From Octopus sinensis (lineage: Eukaryota), in the NCBI RefSeq assembly GCF_006345805.1, contig NC_042998.1, forward strand, positions 165,726,001 to 165,790,000: a DNA stretch of 64,000 nt, written 5' to 3'. Each line of letters opens with the position of its first letter. Within the stretch, counting starts at the first letter, position 1. Both the position numbers and the translations under genes were made by a program. Below the pieces are notes generated by a model. That model worked only from the letters and a program-made list of their open reading frames with translations. It was not told where the DNA came from and ran no database searches. This document shows, piece after piece, positions 35,647-48,446 of the stretch.

Positions 35647-37164
35647 TACACAGACGCACACATGAACACATATTTTTAATAACAGTTTGACTCAGCTTAT
35701 CAGATGAGAAGGGTCTGTCCTATGCACACATGAAATGTTGTCATATGGAACTGCTGTTTAAAGCAAATGTAACTCCTACTAAATGTGTTGAGTACTATTT
35801 TCTTTCATTTGTCCACTACTTGTGTATATATATTTATAGCAACCATAGACAAGTGCACAGGTGTAGGAGATCAGGGAGCTTAATTCCTTTCCCTCTTCCT
35901 TCTACAAGTCTCTTCAGTAAAAAATTTTTTAAATATATTTTTATAGAATATATATTACTAGTTCTAGATTTTTACTTGTTCCACTATTACTTTGTAAAAA
36001 GTTCCACTTGGTGCAGTTACTAATGTGCAAATACTAAAAATCAATACTCTTTTTTTTAATTAATAAATATTTTATTAAACAAGATATCATAACCTTTACA
36101 ACAATGCAATTTGCATTAAAAGATTCGAAAAAATACCCAGATTATTTATGATAAAACATTGCAATTTTTCTGTAAGTATGACAATTATGGTAAATCCTTC
36201 TCTCCTACATACATCATTCCCACTCAACAGGTTTTACTTTGTGTTTATTATGAATTATTATTATCACATAGAAGAAGTAGAGAATGTAAGAAATTTGATT
36301 CTGCATCTTTTGTGAATAACAGGCAAGTTCCTGGAATATGTATAACAGCCTGTTTGAAAAGATAATTTAATTATGAAATAAACAACAACCCTATCAAAAA
36401 ACAAAAGACCAAAAATATACATTTCCTGGCAATGAAGGAAATATTATAACTTTTCCAACATTATCAATACTTCAGAATGTATTTAACCAAAAGTATCTGA
36501 CAAATAGAAGAAAAACAAGCTTTAATGTCAAAAATATATCACAAATATATGAAAGTTTTTAAAAAATGAGAAAAAAAATTGTTCAAATATGGTTGTATAT
36601 ATGTAACAATGTCCTAAAAATTTGCTTGTGTTATGTTAATTGACCAAAGAATGTTGCTTATTACACTTGCTATTTCAATATTTTTTCTTCTTAGCTTCCT
36701 TTCTACTAGTTTCTACATAGTTTCCTTTCTCCTTTCTACTATCAACAGACAGAAAGATGCATGAAAAAAGGAATCTGAAAGTGTGATACTGTTTTATCTA
36801 CAAAATGTAATTACTGATTTTGTTGAGTCAACTTTAGGTCAGTTGTAGCCCAACAGACCTATAATTACAATCTTATTTTTAGGTAAGGTATATTTAATAC
36901 TACATTATTTTGTAGACAGAGTACTAAGAGGTGAGGCTGAGAGTGAAGCAAATTTAAAAAGCGGAAACTTCCTTGAACTGATTGCCAAAATATGATTGTC
37001 ATAAAGAACCATCATGATGCTATACAGTGTACTTCATCAAAAACAAAATCACAGGTGTAAATGTTTTCAAACTATATTCAGAATGACATGAACAAGTCTT
37101 TTGATATTAATATAAGAAAATCAATATCAAATTGAAATCAAGGCAGAAACAACATATTTGTTCC

Positions 37165-37390
37165 TTAACTCTTTTTATACCAACCCAACCAAGACCACCT
37201 CTGCCTCTATGATACAAACTTAATGTTTAAAGTGATCTACATTAAAATCTTCTTTCAAAATTTCATGTTGACTTATGCTCCAAACACCAGGTTAATAATG
37301 ACAAAGTTACTTTAATAAATTCTTAATCATTTTCAAAATTAACTGAAACAAAGGCAGCATATTTCAACAAAAATATGATAACAGATGTTT
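37165..37390. mobile_element. Probable TTAA-type MITE remnant
   Basis: Begins TTAACTCTTTT, resembling the TTAACCCTTT terminus. The right end is degenerate. Confidence 0.4.
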
Positions 37391-39194
37391 CCTACATTGA
37401 GTAAGCTTCTGTATGCATTCACCATGTTTATGATAATGAAATCAAAGATCATTTCATTGAAATGTGTATCACTGAGTCTACAACTAGTGAAGAGCTCATT
37501 TAGCAAAAAAGAAAAAAAGAAGAAAAAAAGAGCTTACAGATACAAAACATGAAGGGCCTTGACTATAATAAAATTGTTTAACATTAGCGAATCATACGTA
37601 GGGATTCAGTAAGGATTTTTCAACACAACAGAAAAGCTTTGTTCATTCACTGCCATGCACACCACTTGAATCTTAGGCTTATAAAAACTGTAAAATCAAG
37701 CTGACTGTTGGCCTAATGGCTATCTAATATGTTAGTATTTGTTACTTGTAGTATAAATTATTGGAAGTTTATGTTTAAGTAAACAGTTTTGTGGTATATG
37801 AGCACTAAAGATTTTCAATTTTTTAAAGTAAACGGAACATGATTTACCTAAAGTTAAATTATATTAATATAAAGAATGTGATTGTTTTCCAAACAATTGG
37901 TCCAAATTAATTAAATTAAATACATTATAATTTGATGTATTGGCATATAAAATATTGATCTTTAAGGAAGAGGTTATACAATTTCATTCTAATGTTAACT
38001 AAGTGGAATGCTTCATTCATACAAACTCAACTTTCCATCTATTCTGGGCCCCAAAGCTGAAGAACTGAAAAAAAACAAGATTAACCTGCAGAGAAGCTAC
38101 TCAGAGAAACTTAAAGATGTTTGTGATTCTCAAACAGTTCATAATCAAGATATGTGAAAGTAGTCTACAAGATTTTGCAAGTGAAGATGTGGCAATTTTC
38201 TTATGTACATCAAGCAGGAGTCCCTTCTTTGCCTTAAAATTGCAACACCAGTATTTAAGGAAACAACTACTGTATCACATGTTCATCAATAGCAAGATGA
38301 CCTTGATCTACAAACTGCATTTATAATAATTGATTGAATGCTGTAAGACTGAAAAAAGAATTCTCAGTATTATAAGTTCCAAGAGAAACTTCTGATCAGA
38401 GCAGATCAAGAAACATGCCTGCAAGGTTCAAGCGTGGCTCTATGGCTACAATAATAAATTGGTCTTTTGGAAGAGTTCTATCAGCTGAAAATATATAAAA
38501 TATTTCTAGATACACTCGTTCAAGAAACTAGATTTAAAGCAAATGACACAGGTAAGACAGGTAAAATCCTAAAGTCATTCCAAAGCCTAATTGTGGTCCT
38601 AAAAGGACATGGCAACAACTAGTAAAGTTTGAGATCTAAATATTTTCTGCAAGTTCTGTGGTTCTGAAGGAGACAATGACAAACAGAACTGAGGGTGTTT
38701 TCAATCATACTCATTCCCCAAAAAATTATCTGAAATTCCTGTCTTTCAAATTGTGAGAGTTGTTTAAAGTACATGCAACACTTCTGATAACAACAGCAAC
38801 TATGGAGCACTCTCTATCCAAACTTATACTAGTTAAAGAACAAACATTCCCTGATGTTCTGCTGCTTGGCATTAAGAAAGACTTATCTATTTATATGAAG
38901 TAGTAAACATTTTCAAGTGCATGACCAATATTTTAAAATATGTTGGCTCTCTTATACTTCAGTGTGCATTTCATTCTAGATGACTAAGAATATAAATGTT
39001 GCTGTTGTATTTTTCTGATAAAGGTCAATATTTTCCTATTGCTACTAAAGCAATGTAGCCATCATGTTAATTACCCACAGTACATTTGTATATATCTTTA
39101 ATTTATAGTTATAAACAATATCAGATTAAAATGTATATACAGCAGAATATGGTAATCTATATGATGACCAAGAATTTTAAGAATTTTACCATTA

Positions 39195-41016
39195 TAGACA
39201 GAAGCCAAATTGACTACATCCTCGTCAAAAAAAGGGAAAGATGGCTGCTTATAAATGCCAAAACCTTCCCAGGCAAAGACTTTACCCCACAACATAGTTA
39301 GCAACATTAGGATCAGGGCTAAATGGATGCCCAAAAGACGACCAGCATGGAGGAGAAGAGTCTTGAAGCTTAAAGATCCTATGAATAGACAGAGACTTAG
39401 AGACATATTACTCGAAGCCTTTGATGAAATAGAAGGGAATATAGCTTCACACGATGTGGAAGACAACTGGAGGTTTCTATGGGACAACCCGCTGAGGGCC
39501 ACTGACCAGATCTGTGGATGGTGCAAAGTCCCCTCTCGACCCAAAATAATGTGAAGGTGGAACAATGTTGTTGACAGGGCTATTAGAGAAAAGAAACAGG
39601 CTTGGAAGGACTAGAAGAATGGTGGTAGCAGGGAATTCTATCAGACTGCCAGAAGGGAAGCTAGGAAACAGGTTTATTTAACCAGAGGGGAAGCAGATAA
39701 GAAAAAATTTGACAATGTTCTGCGCCATGAGGGCCAAAGACTTGAGGTATTTCATGTTGCAAGACAGTGTGTGAGAGAGAATCATGATGTCATAGGAGAG
39801 AAATGTGTCCACATGGATGATGGTTCACTTGCACTAAATGAGGCTGCAAAGAGAGAGGTTTGGAGACGCCACTATGAAAGGTTGCTCAATGAATGGGAGA
39901 AAGAGAGTCTGCCGAAAGTGAACCCAACAGAGGGACCAGCTATCCAAATTGATAGTACCTTGGTAGATAAAGCAATTAAGAGTATGAAGACAGGGAAAGC
40001 CCCCAGCCATCAGGAATTACTGCAGAGATGCTCAAAATATCTGACAGTGTTGTCTATAGCCAAGTCACTCATATAGTTAACCAGGTGATACACAAAGGAG
40101 TCATACCCAATGACTGGTGTAGCAGCATAATAGTCAACTGCTACAATGGTAAAGGTGATGCTCTAGATGCAAATAATTACAGAGGTATCAAGTTGTTGGA
40201 TCAGGTAATGAAGGTCACGGAGAGGGTCATAGCCCAACTAATTAGGAAGAGAGTCAGTTTAGATGAGATGCAGTTTGGGTCCATGCCAGGGAAAAGCACC
40301 ACTGATGTTATATTTCTGGTAAGACAGCTGCAGGAGAAATACTTAGCCAAAGATAAACCTCTGTACCTGGCTTTCGTTGACATGGAGAAAGCTTTTGACA
40401 GGGTCCCCCAATCCCTAATCTGGTAGTCAATAGAGAAACTAGGGGTGGATGAATGGTTAGTGAGAGCTGTGTAAGCCATGTACAGGGATGGTGTCAATAA
40501 GTGAGGGTTGGCAACAAGTACAGTGAAGGATTCCAGGTAGAGGTTGAGGTCCACCAAGGTTCAGTCCTAAGCCCCCTCCGATTTATCATAGTCCTCCAAG
40601 CAATAACAGAGGAATTCAAAATAGGATGCCCCTGGGGAGCTCCTCCATGCTGATCACCTTGCTGTAATTACTGAGTCACTATCAGAACTAGAGGAGAAGT
40701 TTCAGGTGTGGAAGCAAGGATTAGAAATGAAGGGCCTTAGAGTCAACCTAGCTAAAACCAAAGTCCTAAGTAGGAAAGCAGACAAACCACAAATCCCTTC
40801 AGGTAGATGGCTCTGCTCGATCTGTAGAAAAAGTGTAGGTAGAAACTCTATAAGATGTACCTAGTGTAAGCTATGGACACATAAGAAGTGCAGCAATATC
40901 AAAGGAAGGCTAACTGGGAAGATAGTTTTTGTATGTGGCAGATGCTCAGGAGCAATAAACACTGAAAATGGGCAGAGAACAACTTCCGCCACATTCCAGG
41001 CAGAAAAACTAGAAGT
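39195..41016 (+). mobile_element. Degenerate RTE-clade LINE (end of APE domain, RT, PHD-like finger), truncated at both ends
   Basis: SQIDYILV (APE end), NYRGIKLLDQVMKV...DEMQFG.MPGKSTTD...AFVDMEKAFDRVP, VHQGSVLSP, LLHADHL (YADD), then CSIC...CT*C...HKKC...CGRC. Many stops and frameshifts. Confidence 0.92.
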
Positions 41017-41019
41017 ATG

Positions 41020-41115
41020 CATGTATATACGTGTGTGTGCATATATATATATGACGGGCTTCTTTCAGTTTCCGTCTACCAAATCTGCTCAGAAGGCTTT
41101 GGTCAGCCCGAGGCT

Positions 41116-41162
<47 letters not shown>

Positions 41163-41385
41163 ATATAAACATACATATACATATATACATACATACATAT
41201 ATACACATACATACATATATATATACACATATATACATACACATACATACATATATATATACAAATATATATACATACACATACATACATATATACACAC
41301 ATACATACATACACACATACATACATACATACATACATACATACATACATACATACATACATACATACATACATACATACATACA

Positions 41386-41417
<32 letters not shown>

Positions 41418-41455
41418 CATATATACATACATACATACATACATACATACATACA

Positions 41456-41540
<85 letters not shown>

Positions 41541-41545
41541 TATAC
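41020..41545 (-). repeat. Family B SINE remnant with a greatly expanded (TA)n/(TACA)n tract
   Basis: ACGGGCTTCTTTCAGTTTCCGTCTACCAAATC...GGCTTTGGTCAGCCCGAGGCTATA followed by about 430 bp of microsatellite. Confidence 0.8.
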
Positions 41546-41680
41546 ACATGTAGCAAACATGGCATTGCTGATTCCATTTTAAGATGAACCACTGCTCTTT
41601 TCAAGGTCTGAGTAACCTCCACAAAGAAATAGCTACTTAGAAATTTAAACACAGGTTTTAAAAAGAAACAACATACTAAC

Positions 41681-41798
41681 CACCTTTGGTTTCTCTACTT
41701 TAAGTCCCACCAATGTAGTCTTGACATTAGTCAGATGGTCCCTTACATTCATGATACGCTCACATATTTGCTCAAATTGCTGTTCTTGAACCACAGTC
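41681..41798 (-). CDS. ARL6IP1: ARL6IP1 internal exon (equivalent to exon 4)
   Basis: T-rich AG acceptor and GTTAGT donor. 118 nt, phase 2 to 0. (W)TVVQEQQFEQICERIMNVRDHLTNVKTTLVGLKVEKPKV matches the WT.EQ..F.EIC...LK.EKPK pattern. Confidence 0.92.
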
Positions 41799-43249
41799 CT
41801 AAAAAAAAAAGATAAATAAAAAATTTTATTCCATACAACTGTTAAGAAAGTAATTTTTATCTTGGAAAACGACTCCTCTCAGTATAAGAAGCAGCTTTTA
41901 GTTTTAGAAATATTCCACAGAAAATAGTATTTTCCTATCTATTTTGCCTCATCTTATATTTCTTTTGGCCATGTTTAGTTAGAAATGTTAAGTTGGATAT
42001 AAGTTTAGGAATTTATTGTTTACCATGATGATTAGCCAGGCATAGTTCCAATTGCACATCTTTCTACAACATACATTAGCTCCAAAGGATATGAAATAAA
42101 CATTAAAAAATAATACAGCTATAAGCTAAGTCAATGGATATTTTGATGCTATATAACCAGCATTTTCGTGTAATGTGCTAGTCAGCCTGACCTTTAAGAA
42201 GTTTTACCATTACAGACACAAAGTATTTATATTTATATAATTAGACATTTTGATGGCCACTTGAATGGGTTCAGAACTAAAAATGAAGAACAAAAATGAT
42301 GTAGTTAACAGGAACACCAAGTTTAGAAAGTTATCATTTTCTTGGGTAGAATCCAGATCATTTGAGTCAGGAAGGCTGATACAGTAATGGTAAATATAGA
42401 AAATATTTTTCAGTCAGGAAATCACCTAAAGACATATATATGAGGACTAAACTTCTGCAGCAGTTAAAAGTGGAAATGAGTCAGTCACGAGCTTTGTATG
42501 AGGAAAGAATGGAAATTGAAAATGGCTTCTATAAAGTTGTAGTTTAATAATGCAGCAGCTAAGCCACACTCGAAAATACATGTAACAAAAGTAAATGTGT
42601 ACTACAGATGTTACTGCAAATGTTTAGCTGCATGAGGTAACTAAAAAACAGCAAGATACGTTCATAGGACCTAAGCAAATAAGAAAATAGCAAAAAAATT
42701 TACTAAGTACATTGATGAAAGTGGCTGAAGAACTTTAATACCAAAGTATCCAGCACCAAAGGATACATCAACTAAACTTATATCAGCAACACAAATTGTT
42801 GAATCATAGTTAATTTACATTGAATTTACAGTACAGGAATATAATTTTATAAAATAAATATTAGCAACAGGAACAGTATTAATACCAAATAGCAATCTTT
42901 ATATCCTACTAAATATGGATGTATCATGAGAGCACTGAATACTGTGGTATTGACCTTGAGAGGTTTTCTCATATAGATGTACAGCACTAAAAACACAGAC
43001 ATAGACCGCAGTAGGCAGGAATCATCTCTGTATGGGTACCGGAACTGCTAGATCATGTGATTTCATCATACTGTGCTTCCTCAGTGGAAGGTGTATGGTT
43101 CCCACATACCAGCCAAATCTCAATGCCACTAATATATATATTAGTTTTACAATAACAGTGACATTTCAGTCACTGATGTCACAAATAGCTAGCAGTTGTC
43201 AGTTGCAATACATGTCTGTACTTTTGGCACAGCACATCTATAAAAGAGG

Positions 43250-43545
43250 ATCTCTCAAGGCAAATACCATAGTATTTGGTGTTCTAATAATACATCCATG
43301 TTTAGTAGGATGTGTATGCATGTGTGTTTGGTTTTGTGTTTGTTCCCCACCACTGCATGACAGCTAGGGTTGGTTTCTTTACATCCCTGTAACTTAGCAG
43401 TTCAGCAAATGAGACTGACAGAATAAACGCCTGACTTAAAAGAAAAATGTAGCATGATTGATTTGCTTGACTAAACCCTTCAAAGTGGTACCCCAACATG
43501 GCTGCAGTCCAATGACTGAAACAAGTAAATGAATAAAGGATAACA
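43250..43545 (+). mobile_element. 3' portion of a family B SINE
   Basis: CCCTGTAACTTAGCAGTTC...CCCCAACATGGCTGCAGTCCAATGACTGAAACAAGT tail. Confidence 0.65.
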
Positions 43546-43634
43546 TTGTAAGCTGATATTGACCAGCTTGACTTAAGATGCTTGTTTAGTGACTTAAAGT
43601 CCAAAGTCCATGAATTCAAAGACTTTAGGATGTA

Positions 43635-43838
43635 CATATTTTTGTATCATTTGAAAATTAATATTTCGTTTATATCTTTGAAAATGTTTATTGTTTTGTG
43701 TTCCAAATTTGTATAATGTTTGCATGTATAATATATTTTATTCAGTATAAATTTCATTTGATTTCCTTCAATATTATCAGAGTAATGGCAATTTTACTGA
43801 AATTTTTCAGGGGTGTACATACTTTTGTGAAATAATGT
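43635..43838. mobile_element. Tc1-like terminal fragment
   Basis: Ends ...GGGGTGTACATACTTTTGTGAAATAATGTA, resembling Tc1 right ends. No partner end was seen. Confidence 0.4.
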
Positions 43839-43883
43839 ATGTATGTATGTATGTATGTATGTGTGTACATATGTATGTGTATG

Positions 43884-44373
43884 TACAAGGGGTTACTGAA
43901 AAGTTCCTGGATTTTGATAAAAGAAAATACAGGAGGTTCAGTTAATGATAATTTTATTCAAAATACTACCCTCTCAGATTCACACAGTGGTCCTTCAGTT
44001 TTACTGAGCCTTGTAAAAGAACTTGGAAGGTTGGGCCTACAACCAGGCCTTTCGTAATGGCTTTAAAACCAGGAACTTTTCAGCACTCCTTTGCATGCAT
44101 GCATGCATGTATGTATGTATGTATGCATGTATGTATGTATGTATGTATGTACAAGGGGTTGCTGAAAAGTTCCTAGCTTTGGGCAAATGAAAATGCAGAA
44201 GGATCAGTTAACTATAATTTTATTCAACATATTCCCCTCTCAGATTCACACACTTATGGAAGTAGCCCTTCAGTTTTTCTAAGCCCTATAAAAGAAATCA
44301 AAGTTGAGCCTCCAACTAAGCCTTTCGCGATATCTTTAAAGCCAGGAACTTTTCAACATCCACCCCTCATGTA
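43884..44373. mobile_element. Two tandem mariner-type MITEs (about 43884-44095 and 44150-44373) separated by (TATG)n
   Basis: Each starts TACAAGGGGTT.CTGAAAAGTTCCT and ends CCAGGAACTTTTCA.CA..CC. The internal sequences are clearly homologous. Confidence 0.8.
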
Positions 44374-44537
44374 TGCTTAACACAGCAGAATTAAGCACTA
44401 GCCTGAAAGGCCTTTGTAATTCATAAAAATATGATGCACCACCTATAAAGGAAATGGGCCAATCATTTATGCAAATTTTATCATAGCAAGGAGAAATAAT
44501 AAAGATTTGTAAAGGTTGAGGTTTACAGGTTACTTAC

Positions 44538-44654
44538 CAGGTTTCAGGACCATACATAGATGACAAAAGTGGAACAAGAAAATCAATTAAACTGATACTC
44601 ATTCCCAACAGAGCAACCGTAGTCAAGAAGGATGGCTCGAAATACCAGACTAAG
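44538..44654 (-). CDS. ARL6IP1: ARL6IP1 internal exon (equivalent to vertebrate exon 3)
   Basis: Minus strand TTTCAG acceptor and GTAAGT donor. 117 nt, phase 2 to 2. LVWYFEPSFLTTVALLGMSISLIDFLVPLLSSMYGPET(W) resembles ARL6IP1 as I recall it (LIIYYLDPSVLS...LADYLVP...W). Confidence 0.9.
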
Positions 44655-45089
44655 CTGAAACATTAAGAATGAATATAGATTAGAATATATCATAATAAGC
44701 ATTTTCATATATTTCAATATATCTCAAATAACTATTGTTTCAGGGTTCTTTTCCAAAATTTCACATAAAAACATTTTCCTAATTTTCATAATTAATATGA
44801 TTTTTGAAAGAGGTTCATTGTTTGTACATTTTACTTTAAGGAGGAAGCATTTGTGTATGTATATATCATCATCATCATCCTTTAACACCCCTTTTTTTTC
44901 AATATTAGCATGGGTTGGATGATTTTACAGGAACTGATAAGCCAGAAAACTATGCCCAGCTCTTAAACACATATACACATACACAGGGTATATTTATATT
45001 TTATTTTGAAGTCCTAATATTTCTTAGAACCAGGATGGTTATAGCTATGTTAAAATAGTAAGTATGTGGTATTCAGGATGACCTCTTAA

Positions 45090-45500
45090 GATCTCAGGGA
45101 TATTTTATGGGAGTTGGACACAATATGAGTAATGAGAAGAAGAAGGACAAATGAGTCAGAGTACCTGAGTGAAAGTGGCATGAGATCGGCTAGCTCTGAG
45201 GAGCAGAGGCCATTAGATTAGTTTTAGAATAATTGTAGAAACAGCAGAAATGGAAGATATATCAGTGGGCTAAAAACTAGAACATGTCTGTAAGTGACTT
45301 TATACCAACCAATCAAGTGGCCTTCCTCTATATGCAATCCAAGATGCCTGTATGCACAATAGCAATACCATCCTAGATATGGAAGCAGAACTCCAATGTG
45401 GGCCCTACATTAGCATTGTAATATGTCAGTAACTATTGAGATATGAAATATTTCCTGGTCTTGAAGAGAAAGGCCAGTCCTTGAGATGCAATCCTATCTA
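45090..45500 (-). mobile_element. Degenerate CR1-like LINE, C-terminal part of ORF2
   Basis: Minus-strand translation GLAFLFKTRKYF.SQ*LLTYYNANVGPTLEFCFHI resembles CR1 G.LFR..KYF...QLL.LYK..IRP..EYCSH.W. Confidence 0.55.
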
Positions 45501-47199
45501 CTCTATTGAACAGAAAACTAAATACATTCATAGTAAATTTGTTTTACAAATTAGAAAAACACTAAATAAGAAAAAAAAATTTTAACTTCTTATGCATGTA
45601 AAGAAACTTAAATATAGAAGCATATGATTACTGTAAAAAATTTTTAAATATTAATAAATTAAGAATACTGAGAAAAACAATGCTAAAAATTAATTCTGAA
45701 GATATTCAACTTTTTCTTTGATGGCATCCATAATACCATCATTTATATAATAGTTCATACAAGCTGTTATAAGGAAATTTCTATGAAGAAAATTTAAAGA
45801 AGGAAATATTACCTTTAACATACTACCAGTCATTACACAGAACTGGCAGTGGGGGTGGGGTCTGATATTTTCATGAAAAATCATCATTATACAGAGTAGA
45901 ATGCAAATTACTTTTATAACAGTTCTAATGTGATTGAAATGTTAATTCTACCCTTGAGAAATGATTATATTGGATTTTTCTAGTATTTCATTTTCAAAAA
46001 TCAATTGTAGATTTTCAAAAATGCACAAAAACAAAAATGTTCAACAGATATTTTTTTGGTATCTCAGCAAAAAGAAAACTTTTTTGTAACAATTACCAAA
46101 ATAACACCTGCCCTTGATTCAATATCTTTTTTCTTTATTTAACAAGAGATATTGGAAATTGTGAAAGAGATCTTAGTAACTTCATTTTACTACTGAACAA
46201 TTCCAAATAATCAAACAATTACTGATCTTTTTTTCTCTTGAGTTAGAATTTTTATTTGTAATATTTCACAGCAGTCAATTCTAAGAACCAACCAACCATA
46301 AATTTAGCAGCCATCAAAGAGTGCCAGTAACATCTAAGACTGTATGCTCTCTTTCTTCTTCCACACAATAGTATTTGCATTACTTATACATCTGTTTCTG
46401 CCTGTCTACCCACTAACCTGACTAACTACAAGCATGTCTACTTACCTGTCTGCCTACCTACTTGCCTGCCCACCTGTCTGTCTCTTAACCTATACTCATA
46501 AAAGTTTACAAAGTGAATGCAAACCATTTTGAAGTTAAGATAGCTCCTCAGGTTATGAGAAATAAGTAATGGAGATATTTATAAGAAATTTTAACAGCTC
46601 CTCTTTGACTAACTGCTATACATCAGAAATTCCACATGCACAAATACAAAATATAATTACTTAAGTTCTATTTTAACAACTGTTGATGAGAAAAATTTGC
46701 AACTTAAGCACATGATAGAAAATGGGAAAAAAAAGAGATACAATTAAAAAGAAAAGAAATTACTTACAAAGGACTCAAAACTTAGCTATGACAAAGATTT
46801 ATTTGTTAACATATAGCTTCTAAAAGTGCATATGAACATCATTTCATTTTAGTTAATGTGTTACAGAAAACACTATCTAATTACTAAATTTTGCTGACTA
46901 GCTTTTGTTTCATCATTTTTACCCTTTGCATACCATCATAAATTTAACATCTGTTGTTCTATGTTGGTATGCACTGGATAGAAATATAATACTCTGAGTA
47001 GATTACAAACACATTTTTTTCACTCATCAAACCTCATTTATTTATATAACATTTATATCAGCATACATCTGCAAAATAAACCAACTCCTACACTGCCCAG
47101 TCACTTTCCACTTATTAGCACACTATGTTTTTCACAAATTAACACTGAATATCCAATTGACCAAATACAACGTGCTTATGGCAACAGCACTTCATTGTG

Positions 47200-47830
47200 G
47201 TTTCACCTGGCTTTGAAGAGGTTTAGTGGTTGCTAGGAACTGAAGTATTTACAGAAAAAAGTCATATTGTAATGCAGTCTTTGCTTTCTTTAGAATGTGA
47301 ACTAGACAAGACAAATTCTGTGATGATGAGGCCTTACATTTGCAGTAATCTTGAAGATTTTAGTTGCATGCTGTTCATGTTTAGTGGAACAGGTGTGATA
47401 ATGTTTTCTTGATATATGAAGTAATGAAGTAATTTTACTGCTGAAAAATATCAACATTGATGTCCCCCATTGGAAGTTGTTTCAAAGTTTCTCTTTAAAG
47501 AAGCAGTGCAGATTTGATGCAAGATGTTGAAGTACTGATGCTTAGAGTGGCATTATCTGTGTTGGAGATTATGGTAGGTAGGTAGTTGATATATAGAGAG
47601 AAAATGTAAGTGATGAAACTAAAAAATGGACCACATCTGAATTGATAGAATGTGGGTCAGAGAGAGAAAGCTTCATCAGCACATGTCAAGGTAGCCCAAT
47701 CTAATAGAAAACCATTGATTCAATAGATGAGAGATGGATGGAGGGTAGATCTTACAACTCACTCTCCTGGTTGTAAACTTCAATATCACAACAAAATACA
47801 TTAAAAACATACCATAACAGTGTCTTAAAT
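47200..47830 (-). mobile_element. Degenerate CR1-like LINE RT fragment (possibly the same element as 45090-45500)
   Basis: Minus strand ...GP..FSLYINYLPTIISNTDNATL resembles the GPLLF.LYINDLP...ADD.TL region. Confidence 0.45.
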
Positions 47831-47915
47831 GACTTCAAAAAGTTTTGATCATTTTCAAATCATCTAAGTTTCATACTTTTTCTTGATGTACATATAAGCA
47901 TAATATTAGTATATA

Positions 47916-48295
47916 CACTACCGTCAGAAATTAATTAGCACCCTTGATTTGCTCTTCACTCAAGGTATGTGCTGTCACCTAGTGGCCATATCTCGAACTA
48001 TTGCTTTATTGCGAGTTCACTGTTGCGCAGAACGATGACGTAACTTTGTTTGCAGAGCAGTTTGAGAGTCTACAGCCTTATGATGTTGACATAGCAGTGC
48101 AACAACAACTTGGAGTGCGGATGCAGACAAATCTTTCTTTGTTTAATAGATATAGGTAGCGTCTCGCAAGGACCGAAATCACACCATACTTAGTTTTCTC
48201 ATCGCGTAAGACGTTTTGAACAGCTCATAGGTTAATTGATTTAACCTATTTAATGTAGAAATTTGAGAAGTGCTAATTAATTTCTGACGCAAGTG
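47916..48295. mobile_element. Tc1/mariner-type MITE (380 bp) with TA target duplication
   Basis: TA-CACTACCGTCAGAAATTAATTAGCAC...GTGCTAATTAATTTCTGACGCAAGTG-TA. Confidence 0.85.
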
Positions 48296-48446
48296 TATAT
48301 ATTATATACATATAAGCAAAATATTAGTCAGAGGTTATTCAACCATCTAAAGGATAAATGTATCCGTAGACACTGCTAGTCTATTACCTCACTATGTATA
48401 CTCCTAAATGTAATTTAAAGGTAAAACCATGGTTTAATATATATCG

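Noticed and set aside
38090-38800. Moderately GC-rich stretch that looks like decayed coding sequence (also 42340-42850 and 62600-63200)
   Set aside because: No frame gave a motif I could recognise. Likely old transposon debris, and a translated search against a repeat library is needed.
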